Under the pieces are notes generated by a model that was given only the letters and a program-made list of their open reading frames with translations, did not search any database and was not told the origin of the DNA. Below are positions 35,487-44,997 of a stretch of 64,000 nt of DNA, piece by piece (positions within the stretch are counted from its first letter, which is position 1; each line of letters starts with the position of its first letter). This DNA is from an uncultured Gammaproteobacteria bacterium (GTDB lineage Bacteria; Patescibacteriota; Microgenomatia; CAYXHB01; CAZYTL01). Made by a program: the position numbers and the translations under genes. Location of the stretch: assembly GCA_964650355.1 (NCBI GenBank), contig CAZYTL010000007.1:4455-68454 (forward strand), given 5' to 3'.

Positions 35487-37360
35487 GAGGTATGGTAAAG
35501 AAGATTTTAACTGAGATCTTAATATTACTAGCTCTGGTTTTAGTTAAAACGTCAATTACTCCTGTCTCGGTCTGGGCTGCTGATGACTACCAGATCACTG
35601 ATTTTCAAAGTCAGATTATTCTAAACCAGGACACTTCTTTATTGGTGAAAGAAACGATTAAGGTTAATTTCTTGGTGGCCAAGCACGGAATTTACAGGGT
35701 AATTCCTGTAATCTATTCAGCCCAGGGTAAAACCATCAAAGCCGGGTTAACTGATGTGCAGGTGACTGATGGTCAAGGTACGCCTATCCAGGTTGATCGC
35801 AGTCGGTTGGCTCAGAGTATCAAACTGCGCATTGGTGATCCGGATCGGACGCTGACCGGGCCGATGACTTACGTGATTAGCTACCGAATCACGGATGTGA
35901 TCCAGAGATTCGAGGGCTACGATGAGATTTACTGGAATGTAACCGGTTCGGAATGGGACACTCCCATCCCTCTGCCAAAAGCTCAGGTAGAATCCCCTTT
36001 TGCCACGATTATCAAAACCAGTTGTTTTGCAGGCGGATTCGGAACTCAGCAGCAATTTTGTACTAGTCAACATCAACAGAATATTGCAATGTTTGCCAGT
36101 TCCACATCCGTGGGTCAGGGATCTGATTTCACGATTGTGGTTGCCTTAGATTCTCAGAACCAACTACAGTTTCCCGGACCGGTGGAGCAGACGATGAAGT
36201 TGATCATCGATAACTTAGGATATGGATTAGCCTTGCTGCCTTTGTTGATTATCTCTTATTTATGGTACCGACGGGGACGGGACTTTCGGTACGCTAGTGA
36301 TCAAATTTATTATCAGCCGGAAAACGTGGAGCAAAAATTGGTGTCGCCATTTGCCCGGCCCCACTTGCCCATGGTTTATGCTCCAATCCAGGATTTGACT
36401 CCGGCACAAGTGGGCACGATTATTGATGAGAAGGTGGATATTCATGACTTGGTAGCGGAAATAGTGGAGTTGGCCAGATTAAAATATTTGGAGATTCATA
36501 AATTAACAGCTAAGAAATTGCTGGGCACAGATGTTGACTATGCGTTTGTGAAGCTCGAAGGGTCTAAGAGCAAACTGGAACCTTATCAGCAATATCTGCT
36601 AGATAAGTTGTTTACGGATAAACGACTGGAAAAGAGTCAAAAAAGATTTGATAAGTTAGCTAAAGATTCTCAGCAGCAACTTGAACAGGTGATTAAACAG
36701 CGTGATAAGCAGTCATATGTACTGCTTTCTGCATTGAAAGACGACTTTTATAAGGATCTGGATAAATTCCGGAAGCAGCTATACGCCAATATGAAAGATA
36801 AAAACTACTTTGTAGGTAATCCGGAAAAGACCCGCAGTCAATGGTTGGTGATTTATGTGTTGATAATGGCCGCGATGCTGGGATTGGTTTCGTTTTGGAC
36901 CAATTTAACTGCTAATTACTGGCCCTTGATTGTAGGTGCAGTCGTATCAGCCCCGGGCTTGATATTGGCGGCGGCCATGCCCAGAAGAACTGCCTGGGGC
37001 TATTCTTTGTATCGGCAGATTTCAGGTCTGAAATATTTTATTGGTAAGGGCAAATGGCGGCAGCAAATTGCGGAAAAACATTTGTTCTTGGAGGAAACTC
37101 TTCCTTTGGCAATTTCCTTGGGAGTAGTGGATCAATTAGCCAAAGACATGGCCAAACTGGGAGTGGAGCCGCCCAGCTATACCCAGGGATTCACTGCCGG
37201 GGCTTTGGCCGCTGATTTCAGTAAATTTGAATCGCAAACAGGGCAGGTGTTGACTTCATCGCCCAGCAGCTCTGGTCGGTCTTCGTGGTCAGGGGGTTCA
37301 GGTTTCAGCGGCGGATCCTCGGGTGGGGGTTTTGGAGGAGGAGGAGGAGGAAGTTGGTAA
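35474..37360 (+). CDS. DUF2207 family membrane protein
   Basis: Signal peptide, a large extracellular domain, TM helices near aa 440-500, and a C-terminal Gly-rich tail (SSGGGFGGGGGGSW) typical of DUF2207. Confidence 0.6.
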   Translation: MVQVRGMVKKILTEILILLALVLVKTSITPVSVWAADDYQITDFQSQIILNQDTSLLVKETIKVNFLVAKHGIYRVIPVIYSAQGKTIKAGLTDVQVTDGQGTPIQVDRSRLAQSIKLRIGDPDRTLTGPMTYVISYRITDVIQRFEGYDEIYWNVTGSEWDTPIPLPKAQVESPFATIIKTSCFAGGFGTQQQFCTSQHQQNIAMFASSTSVGQGSDFTIVVALDSQNQLQFPGPVEQTMKLIIDNLGYGLALLPLLIISYLWYRRGRDFRYASDQIYYQPENVEQKLVSPFARPHLPMVYAPIQDLTPAQVGTIIDEKVDIHDLVAEIVELARLKYLEIHKLTAKKLLGTDVDYAFVKLEGSKSKLEPYQQYLLDKLFTDKRLEKSQKRFDKLAKDSQQQLEQVIKQRDKQSYVLLSALKDDFYKDLDKFRKQLYANMKDKNYFVGNPEKTRSQWLVIYVLIMAAMLGLVSFWTNLTANYWPLIVGAVVSAPGLILAAAMPRRTAWGYSLYRQISGLKYFIGKGKWRQQIAEKHLFLEETLPLAISLGVVDQLAKDMAKLGVEPPSYTQGFTAGALAADFSKFESQTGQVLTSSPSSSGRSSWSGGSGFSGGSSGGGFGGGGGGSW

Positions 37361-37467
37361 TGGGCTTAGGAATAGATAGTCAAACTCTTCAAATCTTTAT
37401 AAATGTCAAACTATTTTTCATCTATGGCAGTGGGATAAAAATGGCTATAATGTAAAATAAAGGTATC

Positions 37468-38493
37468 ATGAATCCTGAAATTCGGATTGTGACGATTGGC
37501 GGAGGTAGCGGGGCGCCAGTGGTGTTGAGAGCATTGATGCAGGCTGGGTTTAGCGATATAAAAGCTATTTGCGCTGCCATGGATACCGGCGGTCTTTCAG
37601 GACGGGTGAGAACAGACGAGCGGGATCGAGTGATTTCAGTCGGGGATCTGTTTCGTAATTTTATGGCTTTGATTCCCGGGCAACATTTGTCAAAACCACA
37701 AGTGCAGGCGTTTTTGGAGTTGATTGATTTTATAGATGGCCGGGGTAGGAATCTAGGTTATACCATTTATTATGCTTTGCTGGAAAAATACCATGATGAT
37801 TTCTTACAGGTGCAACAATTAATCGAGCAATTGCTGCAGATTAAAATGTCCGGGATGGCGATTCCGGTAACTTTGACACCGACGAATATTCACTTTTTGA
37901 CTCAATCCGGGCAGGAATATGTGGGCGAGCACCAGTTGGATTTATATTCCATGTCCAAGGATTTGATCTCTAAGGTGTGGATTGAACCGCGAAGTGAAGC
38001 AACTGATGAAGCTAAGCAAGCTATCCGGCAAGCGACCCATATTATTTATTGTCCAGGAAGCCTGTACGGGTCAGTGATATGCAATTTTTTGCCTAAGGGG
38101 ATAACTGCTGCCCTGGACGTATCCCAAGCCACTAAAATTCTGGTGACGAATCTGGTGTCTACTCGTCACGAAAATCATTATTTCAAACCCTTGGATTATT
38201 GGCGGATATTTAAAAAATACACCCATACCCGAACACCTTTTGAAGTGATGGTTGTGCCGGACGTTTCCCGGATGGAGTTCGAAGAGAAATATCCGAAAGT
38301 GGCTCAGAATTATGATCATGAGCATTCTTATTTCCAAGGATGGGATGATGCTGAATTGCAACGTTTGACGTCCAAAGGAGTTCGAGTGGTAAAAGGAAAA
38401 ATCTATACCATCAGTCCTCAATATAGCCGGATCCGCCATCACCCAAAATCTTTGGCCAAGGTTCTCAAGCCCGTATTGGTTGACAAAGGATAA
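37468..38493 (+). CDS. YvcK/CofD-like (UPF0052, gluconeogenesis factor family) protein
   Basis: IVTIGGGSG...AAMDTGGLSGRVR signature. Confidence 0.7.
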   Translation: MNPEIRIVTIGGGSGAPVVLRALMQAGFSDIKAICAAMDTGGLSGRVRTDERDRVISVGDLFRNFMALIPGQHLSKPQVQAFLELIDFIDGRGRNLGYTIYYALLEKYHDDFLQVQQLIEQLLQIKMSGMAIPVTLTPTNIHFLTQSGQEYVGEHQLDLYSMSKDLISKVWIEPRSEATDEAKQAIRQATHIIYCPGSLYGSVICNFLPKGITAALDVSQATKILVTNLVSTRHENHYFKPLDYWRIFKKYTHTRTPFEVMVVPDVSRMEFEEKYPKVAQNYDHEHSYFQGWDDAELQRLTSKGVRVVKGKIYTISPQYSRIRHHPKSLAKVLKPVLVDKG

Positions 38494-38546
38494 ATAACTA
38501 GATTACCCTTGAAATAGGGATAAGATTATGTTTTTCATGGAGGGAG

Positions 38547-39014
38547 GTGAACAAAATGAATAAAATTACCCCTTTTATAGGATTTTGGGTGGTTAACTCC
38601 CTACTCATCTATCTGGCTAATCTGTGGTTGCCAAGTAATTTTGTGCTGGGGAATGCCCGATGGTCACCTCTAGTAGCGGTGGTGTTAGCAGGATTAGCGA
38701 TTACTATCATTGTGGTAGTGACCACGTCGGTAAAGATAGTTCTTAATCGAGTGGCCCCGGCATTGGATAGCATGCCATTGACCCTGGTTTACTATTTTTT
38801 TGCTAATTTCGCGGCGATCTGGATCGTGGCCAGAATGGCGGAGATTTTCGGGTTGGGGATTTCCAAGTTCACTTACGTGGCCGGGCTGGCTCTGGTAGCA
38901 GATGTCGCCCAATGGGTGGTGTGGACAGTGCTGGGGCCAAAAGAGTCCATGTCAAAGGCGGCAAAAACTGCAGACGAGGAACCGGATGATGATGAAGACG
39001 AGGAAGGCGATTAG
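38547..39014 (+). CDS. small 4-TM membrane protein with an acidic C-terminus
   Basis: Hydrophobic, with an EEPDDDEDEEGD tail. Confidence 0.4.
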   Translation: MNKMNKITPFIGFWVVNSLLIYLANLWLPSNFVLGNARWSPLVAVVLAGLAITIIVVVTTSVKIVLNRVAPALDSMPLTLVYYFFANFAAIWIVARMAEIFGLGISKFTYVAGLALVADVAQWVVWTVLGPKESMSKAAKTADEEPDDDEDEEGD

Positions 39015-39228
39015 ATTCTAGTTACTCCAAGACAGACCTTGGCTTGGTGATCTCTGAGATTGGCTTCAGAAAAGTGTATGATTAACTTAATTAATAATTC
39101 AAACGTTACGCAGTTGTCATTGCGAGTATTTGAAATTTTACCTTTATTAAGTATAAATCTAAAATTTCAACACGTGGCAATCCCGTACGAAATTACGGCC
39201 AAAGTGCGTAACTCCTGATAATTGTAAG

Positions 39229-39741
39229 ATGAACAACCGGGTTGTCTGGTTAGTAATTTTTCTCAAATTTTTTCTGCCAATACTTTTCTTGCGCTATCCT
39301 TTTCCTGTTTCATGGATTAACTGGCTGTTGGATACCACTGACGGAGACATCCTGATGCATTTTGGTTTGCAACCTTTTGCTTATCAAACTTGGGATAAAC
39401 TGGCAGATTGGTTTACTTACCTGATGATGCTATTGGTGGGGAGGAAGTGGAGGATCCGGCGAACGATTGTTTTTCTGTTTATCTTCCGCACAGTGGGACA
39501 GATGGTTTATTTTATTACCAGAAGAGACGAGGTGTTCTTTTTCTTCCCCAATTTTTTGGAACCACTGTTCATGCTGTACTCATTATTGATATTCATTAAT
39601 AGGAAACAGGCTTATCGAAGGTACAGAAAATACCTATTACCTTTCTGGACAGTGATCGCGGCATATAAGATGTGGAATGAATGGAATACCCACATCGCCA
39701 AAAACGATTTGTCTCAACAATGGTTTGGGGTTAATAACTGA
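39229..39741 (+). CDS. membrane protein, hypothetical
   Basis: Trp-rich polytopic ORF, preceded by a complex inverted-repeat leader. Confidence 0.35.
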   Translation: MNNRVVWLVIFLKFFLPILFLRYPFPVSWINWLLDTTDGDILMHFGLQPFAYQTWDKLADWFTYLMMLLVGRKWRIRRTIVFLFIFRTVGQMVYFITRRDEVFFFFPNFLEPLFMLYSLLIFINRKQAYRRYRKYLLPFWTVIAAYKMWNEWNTHIAKNDLSQQWFGVNN

Positions 39742-39810
39742 TCAGGAATGGAGACACTGAAAAATTTTGCTGCTTGCATTATTGGATAATATATTCTATT
39801 CTTTGAATAT

Positions 39811-40299
39811 ATGTATTCTCAGGTGTTTGATTTGCAAGCCAGATTGTACCGGGCTTTAGGCAATCCGAAACGGTTGGAAATTATTCATCTGTTACGGGAT
39901 CAGGAAATTCCGGTCACGGAAATGGTGGAAATGCTGGATTTACCTCAGGCCAATGTGTCTCAGCATTTGATGGTGTTAAGGGAGCAAAAGTTGGTGAAAA
40001 CCAGAAAGCAAGGAAAGGAAATTTATTACCGGCTTTCTCACCCCAATTTAATTGCGGCGTCCGATTTGGTCAGAGAGTTGTTGATTGATTTACATCAGGT
40101 TAAAGATGATTTGGCCAAAGAATTGCGGTTAAAAATGAAAGAGTTAGTGCCGGTAGTGCACGATCCGGTATGCGGGATGCGATTGTCTCCTAAAACAGCC
40201 GGTTATGCCACGAAATATCGAGGACAAGATTATTACTTTTGCGCCCAAGGGTGTTTAAATAAATTCGAGAATAAACCCGATCATTATCTTAACGGTTAA
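39811..40299 (+). CDS. ArsR/SmtB-family metal-responsive regulator fused to a YHS/TRASH metal-binding domain
   Basis: HTH segment LGNPKRLEIIHLL...VSQHLMVLREQKLV. C-terminal PVCGMRL...YYFCAQGC (YHS). Confidence 0.65.
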   Translation: MYSQVFDLQARLYRALGNPKRLEIIHLLRDQEIPVTEMVEMLDLPQANVSQHLMVLREQKLVKTRKQGKEIYYRLSHPNLIAASDLVRELLIDLHQVKDDLAKELRLKMKELVPVVHDPVCGMRLSPKTAGYATKYRGQDYYFCAQGCLNKFENKPDHYLNG

Positions 40300-40416
40300 T
40301 ATTCGAGTCATTCGGATGTTAATTTGGATCATTGGGATCGCTTTAATGCCGGCTTGAGAGCGATCATAATTTACTAACTCGTCCGAAAGATCCGAATTGA
40401 AGATAAAGAGTCGCTT

Positions 40417-40905
40417 ATGGAAAATAAATTAGTCATCGGAGTCATCATCGGCACAATCGCCTTAATTGGTGGTGGAGTGTGGCTGGCAGGGACCATGAAA
40501 CAACCAGATATCGTGGTTAGCCAAGATGCTATAGCAGAGGTGGAAGAAACCAGTCATGACTGGGGAGCAATTCCTTTGAACGGGGGCAAGGTCAACCAGA
40601 GTTTTACGATCAAAAATACAGGTACTGTCCCACTCCAACTCCATGATATTTTGACTTCCTGTATGTGCACTACAGCCCAAGTGATGATTAATGGTCAGTC
40701 GAGCCCAGAATTCGGCATGCACCAGAAATCCGCCTGGGTAGGGGAAGTCCCTCCCGGACAGGAAGCGCAATTAACAGTCACTTTTGACCCGGCCTACCAC
40801 GGTCCGTCTGGAGTAGGGGACATCACGCGACAGGTAAAAGTGGAAACTAATGACCCGAATCATCCGCAACTGACTTTTAATTTAGCTGCTCAGGTAACTA
40901 ATTAG
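40417..40905 (+). CDS. DUF1573 domain protein (membrane-anchored)
   Basis: HDWGAIPLNGGKVNQSFTIKNTGTVPLQL..LTSCMCTT is the DUF1573 signature, including the SCxCT motif. Confidence 0.6.
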   Translation: MENKLVIGVIIGTIALIGGGVWLAGTMKQPDIVVSQDAIAEVEETSHDWGAIPLNGGKVNQSFTIKNTGTVPLQLHDILTSCMCTTAQVMINGQSSPEFGMHQKSAWVGEVPPGQEAQLTVTFDPAYHGPSGVGDITRQVKVETNDPNHPQLTFNLAAQVTN

Positions 40906-40906
40906 T

Positions 40907-41656
40907 ATGAATAAACAATCTTTAATTCTGGCTTTGGTAATCCTAGGACTGGGAATCTTTTTCTGGTTGAATAAGCCTACTTCCCAGGTCGACTCAAGCA
41001 CGAATGATGTGATGACTACGGAAAATGCTCAAGTTAAGTCAATTTCTACCCAGGAGTTTGATCAATTGGTTCAAAATTCTAATACCTTTGTTCTGGACGT
41101 TCATACTCCGGAACAAACTCATATTCCTGGAACTGATGCATTCATTGATTACACCAAAATTAATCAAAATCAAGACCAGTTGCCGCAAGACAAAAATACG
41201 CCAGTGATTGTTTACTGTCGCTCCGGGAATATGAGTGCGCAGGCTGCCGAAGATCTGCTGGCTTTGGGATACACTCAGGTTTACGATTTACAAGGCGGCA
41301 CTGATGCTTACAAGCAGTCCGGCAAACAGGCGGTCACTGTGAGCCCGGATACTCAGCCTTTGGGAACGGTGATATACGGAGATGTGCCGGAGACGCAGTT
41401 TATGCTCACCAATTACACGGATAACACTTTACAAGTTACGCGATTGTCCACTTCCTGCGGATGTACCAAGGCTTTTATGGACCAAAAGACGGTGGAGCCG
41501 TTTAGCTCGGCTCCGATCAGGGTGACTTTTAATCCGGCGGTGCACAAAGATGACACTGACCTGGGTGATCTCACCAGAACTATTTATATAGAAACGAATA
41601 ACCCTCAATTTGCTAAACTGGAAACTACTATCACAGCCACGGTGGTGAAAAAATAA
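40907..41656 (+). CDS. rhodanese domain plus DUF1573 fusion protein
   Basis: Rhodanese active-site loop VIVYCRSGNMSAQAA. C-terminal DUF1573 with LSTSCGCTKA. Confidence 0.65.
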   Translation: MNKQSLILALVILGLGIFFWLNKPTSQVDSSTNDVMTTENAQVKSISTQEFDQLVQNSNTFVLDVHTPEQTHIPGTDAFIDYTKINQNQDQLPQDKNTPVIVYCRSGNMSAQAAEDLLALGYTQVYDLQGGTDAYKQSGKQAVTVSPDTQPLGTVIYGDVPETQFMLTNYTDNTLQVTRLSTSCGCTKAFMDQKTVEPFSSAPIRVTFNPAVHKDDTDLGDLTRTIYIETNNPQFAKLETTITATVVKK

Positions 41657-41665
41657 GTATTTAAT

Positions 41666-42292
41666 ATGGAGAGATTAAAAATACAAATTAAAAATCAAAT
41701 ATTAGTAGGGGCGATAATATTTTTCGCGGGATTGTTGTTTGCGGGAACGCTTTCTATAGCTCATGCCCAGATGGGAATGATGGGTAGTGTTGACCAATCA
41801 ACAACGGCTGAGCATGATGAGGACCTGAATACGGTTCTGGCAGATATCCTGGCTAAACAGAATAAGCAGACGGCTGATCAACTGGATTGCAGCCAAATCT
41901 CTGACGACGATTTTGAAAGTTTGGGCGATGCTTGGATGGGGGTGATGCATCCGGATCAGGAAGTCCATGAGCGGATGGATCAGATGATGGGCGGAGAAGG
42001 ATCAGCAAGTTTACGCCAAGCCCATATCAATATGGGGAAGAGCTATCTCCGATGTGGAGGTAATTATGGAATGATGGGCATGGGGCAGATGATGGGTGGG
42101 GGAAGCTTTCCTGTGGGGAGAGGAGGTGGAAACCAAATGATGGGATACGGATGGAATGGCGCTAGCCAGATGATGGGCTTTTCCGGTTTATCCGGATTTG
42201 GAGGTATATTTGGGTTAGTGAATGGTTTATTGGTCATGGTGCTGCTGGCAGTGTTGATTCGTTATTTCTGGAATAAAGGAGGGAAAAAGTAA
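41666..42292 (+). CDS. Met/Gly-rich extracytoplasmic protein (putative Cu(I)-binding), with signal peptide and C-terminal TM
   Basis: Repeated MMG/MGMGQMMGGG motifs and a His/Asp-rich segment. Sits inside the copper locus. Confidence 0.45.
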   Translation: MERLKIQIKNQILVGAIIFFAGLLFAGTLSIAHAQMGMMGSVDQSTTAEHDEDLNTVLADILAKQNKQTADQLDCSQISDDDFESLGDAWMGVMHPDQEVHERMDQMMGGEGSASLRQAHINMGKSYLRCGGNYGMMGMGQMMGGGSFPVGRGGGNQMMGYGWNGASQMMGFSGLSGFGGIFGLVNGLLVMVLLAVLIRYFWNKGGKK

Positions 42293-42786
42293 TGAAGATG
42301 AAGGAATTGCAGGATTGGATTTGGGTACTGCTCCGCTTGGCGATGGCCTGGATTATGTTGTGGGCTTTTTTTGACAAGGTTTTCGGATTGGGATATGCCA
42401 CGGCAACCGGTAAATCCTGGTTGGCTGGTAATTCTCCCACTGCAGGGTTTCTGAAAATGGGCACTTCCGGTCCTTTGGCGCTATTATTTCAGTCAATGTC
42501 CGGCAATCCCCTGGTTGATTGGTTATTTATGCTGGGGTTGTTGGGAGTGGGCACGGCTTTGTTATTGGGTATGGGCATGAAAATTGCAGGCTATTCCGGA
42601 GCTTTAATGATGGCGCTGATCTGGATGGCTGGTTTTCCGCCTCAACAAAACCCCTTTCTTGATGAGCACATTGTTTATATTTTGGTCTTCATTGGTTTGT
42701 CTTATTCATCAGCCGGAGAAAAATGGGGACTGGGTAAATGGTGGAAAAATACCGAGTTAGTGAGAAAATTCCCGGTCTTAAGATAG
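42292..42786 (+). CDS. DoxX-family membrane protein
   Basis: LRLAMAWIMLWAFFDK start and a 4-TM DoxX-like layout. Confidence 0.5.
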   Translation: MKMKELQDWIWVLLRLAMAWIMLWAFFDKVFGLGYATATGKSWLAGNSPTAGFLKMGTSGPLALLFQSMSGNPLVDWLFMLGLLGVGTALLLGMGMKIAGYSGALMMALIWMAGFPPQQNPFLDEHIVYILVFIGLSYSSAGEKWGLGKWWKNTELVRKFPVLR

Positions 42787-42802
42787 GCCAACAAAAAACT
42801 AT

Positions 42803-43450
42803 ATGAAAAATGTACCCAAAATTATTCAAAGAGCAGAGACGCTACTTAAAGAGCATCCTTATGACGTGGGCCATGACCTGGAACATCACTTAGAAGTCTG
42901 GAAGTTGGCTCAAGATATTGCTAACCATATAGAGGAAAAAGTGGACTACGATGCTCTTCAGCTTGCTGTGATGTGGCATGACGTAGTGACGTTGGAAAAG
43001 TTTGACAATACTTTTAAAGACAGAGATAGGATTACGGAAAAAACGGCTGACGAACTTGAGGAGTTATTAAAAAAGGAGAAATTCACCAAGAGCTTTATCT
43101 CAAAAGTGATTTTGGCGATCCTTCATCATGGTTTTGAAGATCAACAAGTTAATACCGAAGGCGAGATCCTTTATGATGCGGATAAACTATCCGCATTAGA
43201 TGTTACCCGATGGATTAAGCTATTTGACGCTGCCAAAGCAGGGAGACTGAGTCCGGTGTCTGTTGAGGCTTATAAAAAGTCAGGAAAAAAGTGGATCTCG
43301 ACCATGCGGGGCAAATTACACTTTCAATATAGCAAAAACCTGCATGACAGAATGATTAAGGCTCTTTTAAAAGACGAAAAAGCCATTGCAATAGCCAAAA
43401 CTGCCGGCTGGGATCTTAAAAGTGCGGGAACTAAAGCAGTAGGATTATAA
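42803..43450 (+). CDS. HD-domain phosphohydrolase
   Basis: H..H...HD motif (HDLEHHLEV, MWHDV). Confidence 0.6.
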   Translation: MKNVPKIIQRAETLLKEHPYDVGHDLEHHLEVWKLAQDIANHIEEKVDYDALQLAVMWHDVVTLEKFDNTFKDRDRITEKTADELEELLKKEKFTKSFISKVILAILHHGFEDQQVNTEGEILYDADKLSALDVTRWIKLFDAAKAGRLSPVSVEAYKKSGKKWISTMRGKLHFQYSKNLHDRMIKALLKDEKAIAIAKTAGWDLKSAGTKAVGL

Positions 43451-43454
43451 GATT

Positions 43455-44309
43455 ATGGGAGGACAAGTAATTTACCAAGTTTCGTTGATCGCGGCTTTTG
43501 TAGCCGGCATGGTGGCGTTGTTTGCGCCCTGCTGCGTTTCGTATTTGTTGCCGGCATACTTCGGCAATGTTTTTAAGGAGAAAAAGCAGGTCTTGCTGAT
43601 GACTTTCATTTATAGTCTGGGAATTTTCGTGGTGATGCTGCCGGTGGTTTTGGGGGCGAAAACCATTGCCTCTTTCTTTTACGGATTGCACGACCAGGTA
43701 TATTACATCGGCGGGGTATTCATGTTATTAGTGGCATTGATGGCTCTGTTAGGGATTAAAATGCCCCAGCCGAAACTTCCCTGGGCTCCCAAACGCGGCA
43801 CTGATGTGTGGTCAACGTTTACTCTGGGGATTTTTTCCGGCATCACGTCTTCCTGCTGTGCTCCGGTGCTGGTAGGCGTGATTACTTTGAGTTCCCTATC
43901 CCCGACGATAATTCAGTCTTTGGGTGTGGGGTTTGCTTACGTGATGGGCATGGTCACTCCTCTATATTTGGCATCCTTGTTCATTGATAAACGCAATATC
44001 CTGGAAAAGCCGATTCTACGCAAACAAGTCGGTCAGTTAGTTATCGGAGGCAAGACCTATCCACTGATTATTTCCAATGTGATTGCGGCTGTGATTTTCA
44101 CTGTCACCGCTGGAGTGATGTTGATTTTAACTTCAGCAGGAATGCTGGGTATGCCGACAGGCGAATCCCCGATTGTGAAATTCATCAATAATACAGCGGT
44201 GAAAGTCGACCAGTTTACTCATTGGTTACCGGGAATCAATTTGATGTTTGCGGTTTTGGGTGGCTATTTGTTCTATCGGTTGATCGAGCGCATCTTTAAG
44301 AAAAACTGA
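43455..44309 (+). CDS. CcdA/DsbD-like transmembrane thiol-disulfide protein (two Cys-containing TMs)
   Basis: LFAPCCVSYLLP in TM1 and ITSSCCAPVLVGV in a later TM, like the CcdA SPCxLP/ TPCxxP pair. Confidence 0.5.
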   Translation: MGGQVIYQVSLIAAFVAGMVALFAPCCVSYLLPAYFGNVFKEKKQVLLMTFIYSLGIFVVMLPVVLGAKTIASFFYGLHDQVYYIGGVFMLLVALMALLGIKMPQPKLPWAPKRGTDVWSTFTLGIFSGITSSCCAPVLVGVITLSSLSPTIIQSLGVGFAYVMGMVTPLYLASLFIDKRNILEKPILRKQVGQLVIGGKTYPLIISNVIAAVIFTVTAGVMLILTSAGMLGMPTGESPIVKFINNTAVKVDQFTHWLPGINLMFAVLGGYLFYRLIERIFKKN

Positions 44310-44322
44310 AAAATTTCGGGGC

Positions 44323-44355
44323 TTGACATGTCAACAACAATCTACTACATTTGTA
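44323..44355 (+). promoter_or_regulatory. promoter with a cop box: TTGACA(TGTCAA palindrome)-17-TACATT overlapping TACATTTGTA
   Basis: -35 TTGACA at 44323-28 inside the perfect 12-nt palindrome TTGACATGTCAA. -10 TACATT at 44346-51. The cop box TACAnnTGTA at 44346-55 is the CopY/BlaI-family operator consensus. Confidence 0.5.
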
Positions 44356-44364
44356 ATACACTAA

Positions 44365-44901
44365 TTGTTGGATATGCAAACGAAGACACTTTTAATTCTA
44401 TTTACTTCTGCTTTGGTACTGACGGGTTGTTCCCTACTTCCGGCAAACAATCAGACTATGATGCCAGAGAACAACCAAACTTCTACCTCTACCCAATCAA
44501 CTGACCAGGGAATGACTGAAAATCAAGGGGCAATGAATGAGAGTAATGAGGGTGCAATGGAAGACGAAAGCAAAGAATTACCGGCGGGAATGGCTGATGA
44601 AGGCAATCAAGCGGCGGTTGATTATTCATTGGATTTAAAAAATTACAGCTTTACCCCCAATAAAATGACAGCTAGTCCAGGGCAAACTTTGCGGGTGAAG
44701 CTCACTAATGTAGGCGGGTTACATGATTTCGTGATCGATGAACTAAATGTGCGTAGTAATCGCTTGTCCACAGGAGATTCACAAATCGTGGAAATTAAGA
44801 TCCCCCAAGATGCCGCCGGAAAATCGTATGAATTCTACTGCAGCGTGGCGAATCACCGAGCCTTGGGTATGAAAGGCACCTTGGAAGTGACTAATCAGTA
44901 A
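44365..44901 (+). CDS. cupredoxin (plastocyanin/azurin-like blue copper) lipoprotein
   Basis: Lipobox LVLTGCS. Type-1 Cu ligands are GGLHDF ... YCSVANHRALGM (His, Cys, His, Met). Confidence 0.7.
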   Translation: MLDMQTKTLLILFTSALVLTGCSLLPANNQTMMPENNQTSTSTQSTDQGMTENQGAMNESNEGAMEDESKELPAGMADEGNQAAVDYSLDLKNYSFTPNKMTASPGQTLRVKLTNVGGLHDFVIDELNVRSNRLSTGDSQIVEIKIPQDAAGKSYEFYCSVANHRALGMKGTLEVTNQ

Positions 44902-44997
44902 CTTGGGTAAATTCCTTCTTCTGTACCTGTGTTTTGTAGTCTTTATTTACTGGAGTGAGGCGAGAGAGTCTTTGGGAGATTAATTTTGTCCTAAGCG

